Source of the DNA: Amoebophrya sp. A120
Lineage: Eukaryota > Protista > Dinoflagellata
Length of the DNA stretch: 64,000 nt
NCBI GenBank assembly: GCA_905178155.1
Contig: CAJINV010000020.1
Coordinates: 1,054,001 to 1,118,000, forward strand
Direction of reading: 5' to 3'
Shown: positions 48,901-59,997 of the stretch, one piece after another
How the letters are laid out: each line of letters begins with the position of its first letter
Position numbering within the stretch: position 1 is the first letter of the stretch
Position numbers and translations under genes: made by a program
Notes under the pieces: generated by a model
The model's input: the letters and a program-made list of their open reading frames with translations, nothing else
Databases searched by the model: none
Told to the model about the DNA's origin: nothing

Positions 48901-51900
48901 TTTTGATTTTGTTGCTCCCACTTTATTTTCCTCTTGGTTTGATGCCTGAGCAAGACGCGCCTGCGGAGATGAGTGCTCGGGTAGTGGTTGTTCTTTTCCT
49001 GCTGCTGCTCCGGCGGAAATCGGCTCTTTGCTCACCGTTTTCGTCACCGCGACTGGCGACTTACTGCGGTTTCTCTTCGACTTCGACTCGGCCTGCCCGC
49101 CCGCGGCGCTGCTCCGCGGCTCGGGGGTGATGTAACTGTCGAGGGTGCCGGCCCAGGTGTCGTTGGACGCGACGGACATAATGCTGTCGGCTACTTTGTG
49201 CACGTCGAAAGAGCTGGGAGTCAGGCGTAACATTTCCTGCTCGATCTTTTTCCCCGTGTGAATCACGGACAACTTCATCTGCCAATCCAGTTCTTGTGAA
49301 GATGAACTAGTACCAACATCAGGAACTAGTGCAGCATCGTGGTCCTTGTCCATCGACGTACTCGGTGAATTATAATTCGCTCCTGTCTTATCAACAAGAT
49401 CCGTGCTGTAGGTGAACGCGACGACCTCGCAGTTGTTTTGCTCCGCTACCTGATTTTTCCGGAACAGCAACCCGCCCAGACTGGTCGGGTAGCTGACCGC
49501 TAAATTCACAACCTTCTTCAGCATGCCGATCTCCTGGGCGCGCTGTAACATCATCCGGACCACCTCCGCCTGATTCCTCCGAGCCGCGAAACAGAGAGGC
49601 GGAAGGCCCGTGCTTTGCTCGGGGAGCGTCAAGTCCACGCGCTGCTCCGCGGTGGCAGTGTTAAAGATCAAAACGCGGAGAAATTCCAACCAGGCGAGCT
49701 GTTCCTTCTTCCGGTCTCGCGGCATGTAGAACGCACCGTGCTCTTGGTGAATTCTATTCGGGATCGTTGTACTTGAGCCGTCGGCCCCAGACGGAGAGGA
49801 AGCACGAGGAGCGCCGGCCGCGCGACGGGATTTGGCTGTACTATTGCTGACCTTCGTGATGTTTCCAGCGCTCGCGGCGGTTTGCAAAAAGGGCCAGATC
49901 ACCCGGGGTTCCTGGCGCAAGGCGTGGCACAAGGGGGGGGCGGTCAGCGGACACCGGGCGCTCGGGTAGTGCGAGATATGGCGCTCTCAAACGTTACATC
50001 CTCAACTGTTACATGAGTTTGTAATGCAAGAGTAGTAAAAGCCAAAGGAGGGAGGTTGCGCCTCTAGCATTACAAATTCCGCACAGATTTAGCTGCTGTT
50101 TAGCCCTTCGCAAATTTGTCATGCGAAGCAGCTTGATCGTGTGGATCTTGATGGTAGTTTAGCATGACAAATCCATGTAACACTTGAGAATGTAACGTTT
50201 GAGAACGCCATACGAGAGCCAGCCGAGGTCGAGCGCGGCCTGCTCGTTGACGCCCCGGGTGTTATCAAATGCAAAAGTGTCTGGGTCTGGAAGAATGCAA
50301 GATTTGCCATGCATATCTCTCATGACACATGATGCCTGTAATGCATGACCTAGCATCGCAGACCTTTTGAGGGCTTCCTGATGCACCTTCCGCATGAGAA
50401 ATGCCCTGTCCGTGTAGCACAAATTGCGCCCCTCTTGCTGGTCATGCAATACAATTTTTTTTAGAGTCCAAAAATAGCATGACAAGTTTGCACTCTTCCA
50501 GACCCAGACATTTTTGCAGTTGATAGGTGTGCCAGCGCTGCAAAAGCAGGGAAAGAAGCTCGGTGCGCTCCGCCCAGCTGCAATTGTGGGCGGAGGTCAG
50601 GTAGACGAAACTCCCATTCCAAAAATGCTCGTCCCAGTGCTCGGTCGTCGACAGCTGGAGGATTTTCTGCAGCAGGGAGCACGTGCAGCGGCTCCAGATC
50701 CATTCGCAGAGGGACATCTGTGGATAATTCATCGAGAATTTCTGGAGATTATTTCGTTTTTACTTCTTTTATTACGTGCTTTTGACACCGGGAAGTGAGT
50801 AGAGAGCATGCGCAAAAATTGGAATCAACGGTAACTTTTTTCTACTCTGATGCAACAACTAAATCAACAAGTAAACACGACACAACAAGTTCTTGTACCT
50901 TATTCGCATCCTTGAGTTCCGCGAGCTGAATGACTCCCAACCCGTGGACAAATTTATTTAAGGTATACAAAAATTCTTCTTCGTATAATTCCGCAACTGG
51001 CGCCGGCTCGTTTTGCGCGCCGGCCACGTTGGCACCAGCACTCGTTGCCAGAGTGGTCGTCGTGATGTGCGATCGGAGCCATTCCTTTTGCACGCGCTCG
51101 AAGCAGTCGGTCCAGGTGTCCTGGCCCCGCGGCTGCAGGTGACTCTCCAGCGGCGTTGGGGGCGGGAAGGCAACGAGCTCCCAGGCCCCGGTATCAAATG
51201 TAATTAAAAGTGTCTGGGTCTGGAAACTTGTGATGCCGGGCGGCGTCTCATGATGAGGCCACAGATGCTGGCTCAGCATCGCAAGTTTCTGAGCTTCTAG
51301 GTGTTGCCTATTCTGCATGACAAACTGCGTTTCTGCATCACAGAACAATGGGGCTCTTGGGTAACGTGCATGACAGATTTAAGAGTCATGCCAGACAAGC
51401 ATGACAAACGTGCATTCTTCCAGACCCAGACATTTTTACATTTCATACCCGGTTTCGTACACGGCCACCGGGTCGGAAGTCCGAAGGACCGTTTTCGCGC
51501 TCTCCCCGCCGACCTTGGAAACTCCCGGCCCGGCGTTCTTGGACTTGCGCTCCGCCAGGCTTTGCCGTCCGTTGGTCGTTGTGCCGGTGACCTTTTGCTG
51601 GAACTGCCACGCCTGCAAGAAGCGAAACGTGATCACCGGAGCAGCAGAATTTTTGTCAGTTTGTGTTTCGACCGCCGCACGACCAGTGCCAGTGGCAGCT
51701 GCGTCAGCAGTTGTAGTCGTAAACACTTCCTCCGCGAGCCAGAGAAATCTTCTGGGCACCTGCAATTTCTTCGCCAGCAGCGGGCAGAGCTCCGTCAACG
51801 TCACTGCCTGCTTCTGGGCCTCCAGGCCCCGGTGAGTCCACGCGACACCCAGGGGAATCTCCTCCCCAACCACCGCGTCACTGTAGTAGTCCGTGAGGTA

Positions 51901-52359
51901 CCTGGTCGGGCCTTTGGCCGTGGTCCGTGCGAGGCTTGTGAACAGCGGATCGGTGTGCATTTTGTGGGTCATTTGTCGGGTCGGCAAGTGCACGGTTACC
52001 TCGCGGGGCACGCGGAGCAGCTTCTGAGAGTCGTCTTTCTTATTCGGTGAATTCGGACGACCGCTGGTGCCCGAAGTCGTGGTCGCGTTGCTTGTTGTAT
52101 TCTCCACGGGAGCTGCAGCGGCAGACCGCCGGATATGCTTCGGTGCCAGCTTGCGCTGCATCTTGTCTTCCCTCGCCAGGTCTTCGATCCTGTTTATGTT
52201 TGCACTTCCCCGTGAAACTCTCACTTCTGTTCCTTTGTCTTTCGTGGTTCCAGAGGTGCGAAGCGGTTTTTCTGCTGTCGCCGGTGCGACAGGCACAGGC
52301 TGCGGAACTCCAGCGGCCACCTGTCCCTGGCGACGTCTGTCTCGATTGTTCAGCGACAT
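45902..52359 (-). CDS. Ankyrin-repeat-containing protein (~1376 aa, 10 exons)
   Basis: Removing eight elements and GT-AG intron 50742-50898 gives one frame. Ankyrin motifs: TGLPPLCFAARRNQAEVVRMML, NGYTPLMLAVQFGARETFDLLL, DGHTVFSLAC. Confidence 0.83.
46272..46533. mobile_element. Introner-type element, family A (262 bp)
   Basis: Family A TIRs, TSD tcgca/tcgca. Confidence 0.92.
46569..46847. mobile_element. Introner-type element, family F (279 bp)
   Basis: TIR tatcctgagtaaaaacgt.ccca, TSD ccttc/ccttc; exact removal is possible as GT-AG. Confidence 0.92.
46939..47200. mobile_element. Introner-type element, family A (262 bp)
   Basis: Family A TIRs, TSD gcctt/gcctt. Confidence 0.92.
47586..47851. 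mobile_element. Introner-type element, family A (266 bp)
   Basis: Family A TIRs, TSD gtctg/gtctg. Confidence 0.92.
48348..48653. mobile_element. Introner-type element, family C (306 bp)
   Basis: Family C TIRs, TSD cgaac/cgaac; removal gives EAGFALDLSH. Confidence 0.92.
49977..50212. mobile_element. Introner-type element, family G (236 bp)
   Basis: 39-bp TIR tatggcg.tctcaaacgttacat.ctcaa.tgttacatg, TSD cgaga/cgaga. Confidence 0.92.
50263..50525. mobile_element. Introner-type element, family A (263 bp)
   Basis: Family A TIRs, TSD ggtgt/ggtgt; opposite orientation to 46939 and 47586. Confidence 0.92.
51192..51447. mobile_element. Introner-type element, family A (256 bp)
   Basis: Family A TIRs, TSD cccgg/cccgg; removal gives YETGAWEL. 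Confidence 0.92.
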
Positions 52360-52789
52360 GCTCAGATGCACGACGTCAAATACAAAAAATTAACTTTATT
52401 TCTGCAGAACTTATGGTTCATCTAGTCAAACTATGTAGTGGGTGCGTCGACGTGGCTCATCTTCATGGGAAACAATTTTTTACTGCTTGGTCAATATGGT
52501 TACGCGCTTGTCTGTACGTGTTTCTGATAGGGTTAGGGGTGTCGATCTTGATGAGGAACATCCGTTGAAGGTATCTGTAGAACCAATTCTGTTTAGCCAC
52601 TGGTGTAGTTGAGTTGTAGTTAGGATGAGATGTAAATTGAATCAATTACTGTCCGGTATTAGTTATTGAATGCGCGAGGAGGTGCAACATGAGTAAGCAC
52701 TTTTCCCCTTCTCGGTCGTGGAATGAACTCAAAGGGAGTAGTTTAGCGTCACGTCGTGATCACATCTTGTTGATCTAAAATAAGATCTA

Positions 52790-52891
52790 TCCTGATAGGA
52801 ACCGCGGCACCAATTCAGAACGACACGCGGTCCTGATAGGAACCGCGGTCCTGATAGGAACCGCGGCGATCGAGCAGCACCAATTCAGAAC
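52790..52891. repeat. Compound short direct repeats
   Basis: tcctgataggaaccgcgg x3 (52790, 52831, 52849) and gcaccaattcagaac x2 (52807, 52877). Confidence 0.85.
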
Positions 52892-53692
52892 CTACCGAGA
52901 ACATTCATGAAGATAGATTGGATGCTAGTACAAAAAAGGACCTCAGAAACTCCTACTGCGCTGTCGTCTCTCTTCTTATTGCTTTTGTTTTTCATCATCT
53001 TCATGTCGTCTATGATCTCGTCACGACCGAGCAGAGGACACTACATACCAGCGTCAACATCCAGACCGATGTAATGCGAAGATCGCAAACCGAAGATTTC
53101 AATATCAGAAGTAGTGCCGTTTTGTTTATACTTCTCATTTGTTCCGCGTCTGCCCTAGGGGCCTGATAGGACAAGCACATCAGTGGACTATCTTTTCTTC
53201 GGAGCATACTTGCGATTCTTAATCTGACGCTTCAGATACAAAATCTTGGCAGCAAGGCTAGTACATCAGGCAACTTTCATCAGTTCGCAGTGCAGGTCGC
53301 ACTTTGACAACCCTGCTACAGCAGTCATTTTTATCAACTTTTGTTCGAAAAGCATGGCTTTATCAGAGCTCCACGCTTTTCTTCTTATTTTTTCAAAAGG
53401 ACTCATAGAGTAAGTAAACAATACGCCCTAGCTGTGCTCATGAGATCCTCCATGATCATCAAAAGCAAAGCCGACCCCAAAAATACATACAGATACAAAC
53501 GCAAACGTTATCCGCCTGAGGATGCTAGCAGTGACTGAATCTGCATGCCTTTGTGAAAAATCCATTTCCACCTTTGGCAGTAATCGCTCGTCCGCATCTC
53601 GTTCAACTATAATGCAGTATTACACCCCTTTATACTAATTTCTAGCCTTTGTCACGTTCTTAGCTCCTTGCAGTTGCAGAATTGATAGTTGT

Positions 53693-56190
53693 TTACAACT
53701 TATCCCAGTAACAGGTTGTGAACATCATGCTAAGCAGCGCCAAGCAGTAGGCGCAGTCCGCGTCCTCCAACGTGTCAAACACGCTCTTCTTGATGGGCGT
53801 GGGTCCATACACCACCGCCGGGTCGTTTCTCCAACTGTTCAGCACCGTGGAGCCGATCACTTTCAGCACCTGCTTGCCGAACGAGTCGTTTTCTGGTTTC
53901 ACGCCGAGCCAATTCATCTTTTCCGCCGGATATTGACTGTGAATCTAGTACCGTACGAGCTTCATCACATCGCTTACAAATCAATGTTGACTTGCTTGCA
54001 TGAAAAAAAAAGTTACTTCGCCAAACCATATTCAACAGAATGACAAGTTTCACGATTTATCAGGCTGGTATATAAAAAAAAATTGTGGCGGTTTTTGTAG
54101 GCACATACGGTACTTTTGTGTTCTTGCATATCAGAGCCTCAAACGGAGAAGCCGAGGCGTGCACCGCATTGTCGCCCACGTCTGGTGGAGAAGAAAGCCC
54201 GTATTCCCGCCAATTTGTCATAAACATGCCTGAAGAGATGGGTTGACAATACTGTAATTATTTCCCGGGATAGTTGCTCTCTAAAATAAATCTACGTGCT
54301 TCGTGATCGTGACATGAGGATGAAAGAAGTCAACACAGGCTGCATATTCATGCGCATCATCAACATCATTATCAGCATCTTCATTGAAGTAAGTCTGAAA
54401 AACCTGCAGCAAATATGTGAATCAGAGGACCAGACATTACATCTGTCAAGCTGCTCTACTTCTATCAAAAGTACCAAGTACCTCTCAACGAGTCCGGCGG
54501 TGCGGTAATCGGGTCCGTTGGCCCAATATCCAGTGCAAAAGTATCGCGCTCGTAGTAATTGCATTTATGCATTACAAATCTCTTTCTCAAGGTAAATCAG
54601 CATTACAAATTCAAATTTGTAGTGCTGGGCTAATTTGTAATGCAATTTATACTAGTACGATGCGTTTGCATTGCATACCCAAGCAGTTTGCCTCGGAAGT
54701 CCTCCCAGGGCATCTTTTTCGCGTCCCACTTGACAATCCAGTAGTAGATGCTAGACCCGGGCTCGACAAACTTCTGCCGCATTGACATGAAGAAACCGTT
54801 CATTACGTAGAGCGTCTCCGAGTCGTTTATCCAGGAAAAAGCAACCATCTTCCCCATCTTTTTTATGCATGACAAATAGTGGAGGGACTTTATCTTTATG
54901 CATGTTTTGCATGACAAATTGGATGGAGATGGTTGTTTTTTCTGTGGATATCGTTCACCCCCACGTTTTCCAGCTTGCCGCAGTAAAACCCGCCCCCGAA
55001 CTTCACCAGTTTGCCGTCCTTTTTTGCCTTGGCCCAGATCGTGTTCAGTTCTTCGCTCGTGAGGTTCAAGCGCTCGCACGCCTGCTTGGCATTCAAAACG
55101 ATGCCGCGCTTCAAAGCGTCATCCCAGGGAAGGCCTGATTTTTGTGCGCATTTCTCTTCCAACAAGTTTAGAGTCTGTGTGGTCTGCTGCAAGACTGATG
55201 ATCCTGAATAAAAGTGATCAGAAGTATTAACTTCAAAAATGTGCTGAAAGCTAAGAAAGGCTATATTGCAACGAACTGTAAGTGAGTTCCAGTTGTACCG
55301 AATTTCTTCTGAAACATTTCCTTGGGCACGTTCAGCTGCTTTGGGTCCAGCAAGGTCGCTTTGCTGGCGATTGCGTAGTAGTGCGTGTCGATCAGTTGCT
55401 TCTGGTCAATTTCTATCCTGTGCAAAGGCATCGTACTCGTATTTTGATCATGCATTACAAATCATGTTCTTAAGGCAAATTAGCATTACAAATTTTATTT
55501 CTCACGCTGAGGAAATTTGTAATGCATTTATACGAGTACGATACTTTTGCACTGCATAATTTCGCGGCCCGAAATCATGCCCTCCTGCAGAATCTGCAAT
55601 CCCCGGGCCCGCATCTCCGCGGCGACCGCTTTCCGGGCGCCCGCCGTTTGCGCATGCGGCTTCAGAAAAACGAGGGCCTCGTTTTTGACTTCTTCTAAGT
55701 TCCGGGCGGGGGCGAAGGGGAAGAGGATGAGGGTGAGCGCGACCGAAGCCGCCCCGGCAGCGCCAAGCAGCACAGGGGTACCAAAGTCGGCGCCTGCGCT
55801 GGTGAACCGGAAATTTTGGTCGCCATTCGAAGAGGACTTCCAGGAACTTCTGCCGCTTTGGTTGTTGTTGTAAAAACGGCCTTGATTTTGATTCTCCTCT
55901 CCTGCTCGCCGTGCAGCACCCGAAGTAGAAAGAGTGCGAGTGCTGGTATAACTAGTTGCAGTGGCGTTTTTTCTAGCTCCTTCACCACTGCAAGCCCTGA
56001 AAAATATTGATGACGGTCTTGTTCCCAAAAAAGAGGTCGTGGCGACGGTCCGTCGTGTAGTCGCTTGATGGTGCGTGATGTTTCTATTTGCACCTGCAAA
56101 CAGCGTTCTCGTCGAGAGGTGGAAGCTTGTATAATTCCCAAGCCTCATCTTCGACCCCGGGGGGACCGAAGCGGCCAGGTTTATCGGCAT
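53693..56190 (-). CDS. Divergent nucleoside-diphosphate-kinase-like protein with probable mitochondrial presequence (~480 aa, 7 exons)
   Basis: Removing four elements and GT-AG introns 55135-55298 and 54230-54481 gives a 1443-nt frame. Motifs ALVFLKPHA, LLGPTDPITAPPDSLRG, DNAVHASASPFEAL; Arg/Ser/Thr-rich N-terminus then a hydrophobic segment. Confidence 0.85.
53931..54130. mobile_element. Decayed introner-type element (200 bp)
   Basis: TAT...ATA, residual TIR agtaccgta, TSD ccgga/tcaga; removal gives FEALAEKMNWLG. Confidence 0.78.
54527..54677. mobile_element. Introner-type element, family D (151 bp)
   Basis: Family D TIRs, TSD cccaa/cccaa; removal gives LLGPTDP. Confidence 0.92.
54828..54950. 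mobile_element. Introner-type element, family B (123 bp)
   Basis: TIR tatcca..aaaaa.caaccatct, TSD tcgtt/tcgtt. Confidence 0.9.
55414..55558. mobile_element. Introner-type element, family D (145 bp)
   Basis: Family D TIRs, TSD atttc/atttc; removal gives GREIDQKQLID. Confidence 0.92.
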
Positions 56191-59100
56191 CGTCGTGGTT
56201 GTCCTGCGCTTGTGGTAATAGATTTTTATGTGGGTGATGTGATGTCTCCTGCTCTATTGAAATGGCTGCGAACAAGATTTATTTTCCACATAAAACTTTT
56301 CTCCCTCAAGGTCAAGGCGCATCAAGGTGCGCAACGCTCATTTGCATTTCCAACATTTGCATTATGGGTTCATCGGATTGCTGTACCCAGACGAAACCAC
56401 ATCCACAGAACGAAGAACATTTTTGAGGTATGCGTATGCCTCGTGTGGAGGTGCTGGATTGCCACAAGAACTTAGGTACTTCCTCTCTCGTGCGCACGCC
56501 GGGGGCTTCCTTGCGCGCGCGCGCACGCTCGGCTGCGTGAGCAGATGAGCTCTCCTGCACTCGTTTATTTTCGAATAAACGCAATACTTTACATTAGCAC
56601 TTGACATGTGTTCGTATTTTATGGGCATATTGTTCGTGTTCTTCAGCGCTTTATTTCTTCTTCTGGTTTATCTTTCAGCATGAACATGATCATGGCCCCT
56701 GTAAGCATAAATATGATTGCTGGCACAACCTAACCACGACCAATTCAGGCTGTCTGAGCCTGTTATTCCTCTTTTGCTCGTTGCTGATCCTGCTTTTGCT
56801 CCTTGTAATTGCGAGTTTGAATTCTCAAGCAGGTGTTTCGCTTTCGCTACATCATTTTAGTTCGCCGCGATTGACGAGACCATCCTCTTCGCAAAAATAT
56901 CAACAACGACCACGACTGTCGCCACTACAGCTTCGCATTGAAGCAGGCTTTGCTTTAATCTTGTTTGTTTTTCCGATATTAATCGTTTCTCTCCACTTAC
57001 AGCGGAATGCAGTAAGAGAGGAGCAAGCCAGTAGTGGTTGCTGAAATGAATGCAGAGCAGATAGGTCATGTTTTAATGATGTTGCAAAAGTAAGCCTGAT
57101 AAACTCAGAAGTGACTGTGGCACATCTTCGAAATCGTACATAGAGTTGTGGTGGTGAGTGGTTTTCTTTTTTTGGTGTTGACTATCTTCATGATGGCTGG
57201 TGGTGAGGCGTAATAGCGCTCTTGTATATTTCCATGTTGCGGCTGGTAGTTGTGGCTACTTTGAGTTTATTTGATTGTGAAGGCCCATACGATCATCGAT
57301 CGCGTCTGAATGAAGAACTCAGTATGCACATGCGGTTCTGACATATTCGAAATACATGCGGCCCACTTTGCTTCGCCAGGCAACATAAGTTTCGCGCAAT
57401 AGGATCTATAATGCGAGACTAGTTTTCGACGTCTGTAAGCTTGTCATTGTCAGTGTGTCGATCGCCATCCTCGCGCACAACCAGCTGAATTTCCACAATG
57501 AATATTGACATCAACTACAGAGCAAGCATATTCGCTCGACCTATTTACAGTGGGGAAGTAACTTTCCAACCATCGTTGAGAAAGACCTTACAAAACGGAT
57601 CCGCAGCAACGAATCGAGGTCTTTCCCACGTCAATGGTGGAGTGGATGTTGGCGCACTACGATCTACGTACTTATTTGGAAAGTTCGTGTTGTATGGAGA
57701 AATTGCAATATATCAAAAAAAAAGTTCTACTCGGACGACGCAGTCGCGTACCAGTGTAACATAAACGGTCAAGCTACAACGTCTGTTGACCTTGTGGCCC
57801 AGAAGTCACTGCACTTCACCGCGAGTAGTTGCTGGCTTACTGTCTGCTCTTGGTCCTGGTTGCAAGCTTTCTGCGCTCGCGCTCGGCGAGTAACTGCGGC
57901 AAGGTTGTTGATGTCTAGGAGATACAGGCTTTACTTTCGCAGCACCTGCACTATTAGATGAAATAGAATTCGAAACTAAGGTAACTACCACCAGATAATC
58001 AAAATTATCATGGCTGCTCTCGTCCTCCGGAGAGTGAGATGATTTGTTTCTGAACTATCTAATACTAATTTGCGAACTTGTTTGTCCACGGCGCAATTTC
58101 GAGGAGGGGGGCGTCGCGTTAAGTCTAAGTGCCCGTGGTCAATTTAAATTTTCCACCGAAGTAATAAACTCAAGCTCTATAGCTTCACCTGCGACAGCAC
58201 GAGTAGGTACTCCTGCTGCCTTGAGCACGTCATGCTTTTGCTTGGGCTGCCACTTGGTTCGGATGGTAAAAAATAAGAAACTGCTGGCTGCCAATAGATA
58301 GTGAGATACTCATACTATGTGGGAGTAAAAGTGCACTACTTCCAAAGTAAGTCTCAGATATGGATGGTTTGTTCTACACGGCCACTTACCACCGTCGCAC
58401 AAGTTGAGACCTTGGCGCACGGGTTTCCGTCTGAGTCTGAGTACGAGCCATTCTTTTCCACGTGTAATACTGGTCGAGCTTGTTGTGCTTACGTTAATAT
58501 TCTTCGAGGTTTAAAAATCTCGTGTTGGTGTTTAGCGTTACCACCGGCGTCGCACAAGTCGAGACCTTGGCAGACGCGTTTATTCAGTCGAGTGCGACGA
58601 GTCTGGGTGAGTTTTTTCCACTGATGTGGAAGTCGCATTTAATGTTAGGTGTGAGAAATGCATGCGAACAGAGGTGAAGTCATCAGTAACTGGCACAAAC
58701 AAAAATATTCATTTTCATTGTTTCATCACTCGGGGACGGCAACACCTCCACGATAGTCCATACCTTCTTATTCCACGCAGGGAGGTGTTATTTTCCATAG
58801 TAAGTACCTGTACCAAATGTTCATGTTGAACGGCGCCAGTCGTGACTGATGATGACTCTCTAGATTGTAAAAGTTTTGTGGATCTATTCGCAAGCTTTTT
58901 CTAGTTTCAATAAAAGGCGGAGGCTGGTGAAAATGAAAATGGCGCCTGAAGGGATGTTAATGTCAGGGGTGTTGAAGTAAGATACGTAGCTCAATTGTTA
59001 TTGCTATTGATTGTAGGTCAGCGTCAATCACCAGGAGGTAGAGATAGAGCTGACTACTTGAAGGCACAGGTCAAAGACCTGTGATGCATTCTGTGCGTTC

Positions 59101-59997
59101 CAGAAATAATTAGGAACATGATTATACGCAGAGCCAGCGGGGCATTCTTGTTTTGCACGTTCGAACGTGGCGTTTCGCACGTTCGAACCTGCCATGAAGC
59201 CAGATCATCCACATGCTGAGCACTTGCTCTTGCACATGCATCAAATAAGATCATACATAATTTTAGTACAGATATATTCATTGCTACATTAGTGGCGACT
59301 TTCCGGTCAAGATACGAAAAAAGTAAGCGCTGCTCAAACATAAACTTGATAATGTCGATAAAGATCACATCACAAGTGGCGTGCCTCCATCCTGATCTGA
59401 CAAACTGAAGACCACAACAAAAGGAGAAGGGCCACGACAATTTGTAATTTATTTTACAAGTAAGTAGCTTTGAATGAGTAAAAAGAGAAGTCAGCTAGTT
59501 TTAGCTGTGCTACTCTGTGTGAGTGTGTGCGTATCATGCTTTAGCGTGTCTGTCTCATGCCTTTCGTTTTACCGTCGAAAGCTTTTAGATAAAATGATTA
59601 GGCAATAAATGAAGAAATACAGCTACTTAGTCCATACGGAAATGTCTTTGTCCTATGAGCATCACAGCTGTTTTTCTTTTTTGTCGTGTTTGAACATCTT
59701 AGTGCAACGTGCACTATTCATTGCGGGGGAGCTGCAGCTGCTTCTCCTAGTATTGCAAGAAATTTCTTATCGCTTCAGTGTGTGTTTTTAACGAAAAAGA
59801 CTACAAAGTGAAAGATGGGATCGCTGTTGAGTGCCTGCTTTTGTTTTTTGGTGTTAGTTTCACTTTCAGAAAGAGAAAATGTGAATCGAAAATAGAAAAA
59901 GAAAAAGCGGCTAACTGTTACTTCATTTACTTGATACATTTTTATTGTGGTGCATAGACAAAACTCAAACAAATGTATGATCGCGCAATCATGATCA

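Noticed and set aside
52790-52891. CRISPR-like array
   Set aside because: Only three 18-bp units, two directly adjacent with no spacer; eukaryotic context and no cas genes.
58393-58575. Two ~25-bp repeats (gtcgcacaagt.gagaccttggc) in a possible decayed ORF
   Set aside because: No continuous frame or recognisable family could be supported.
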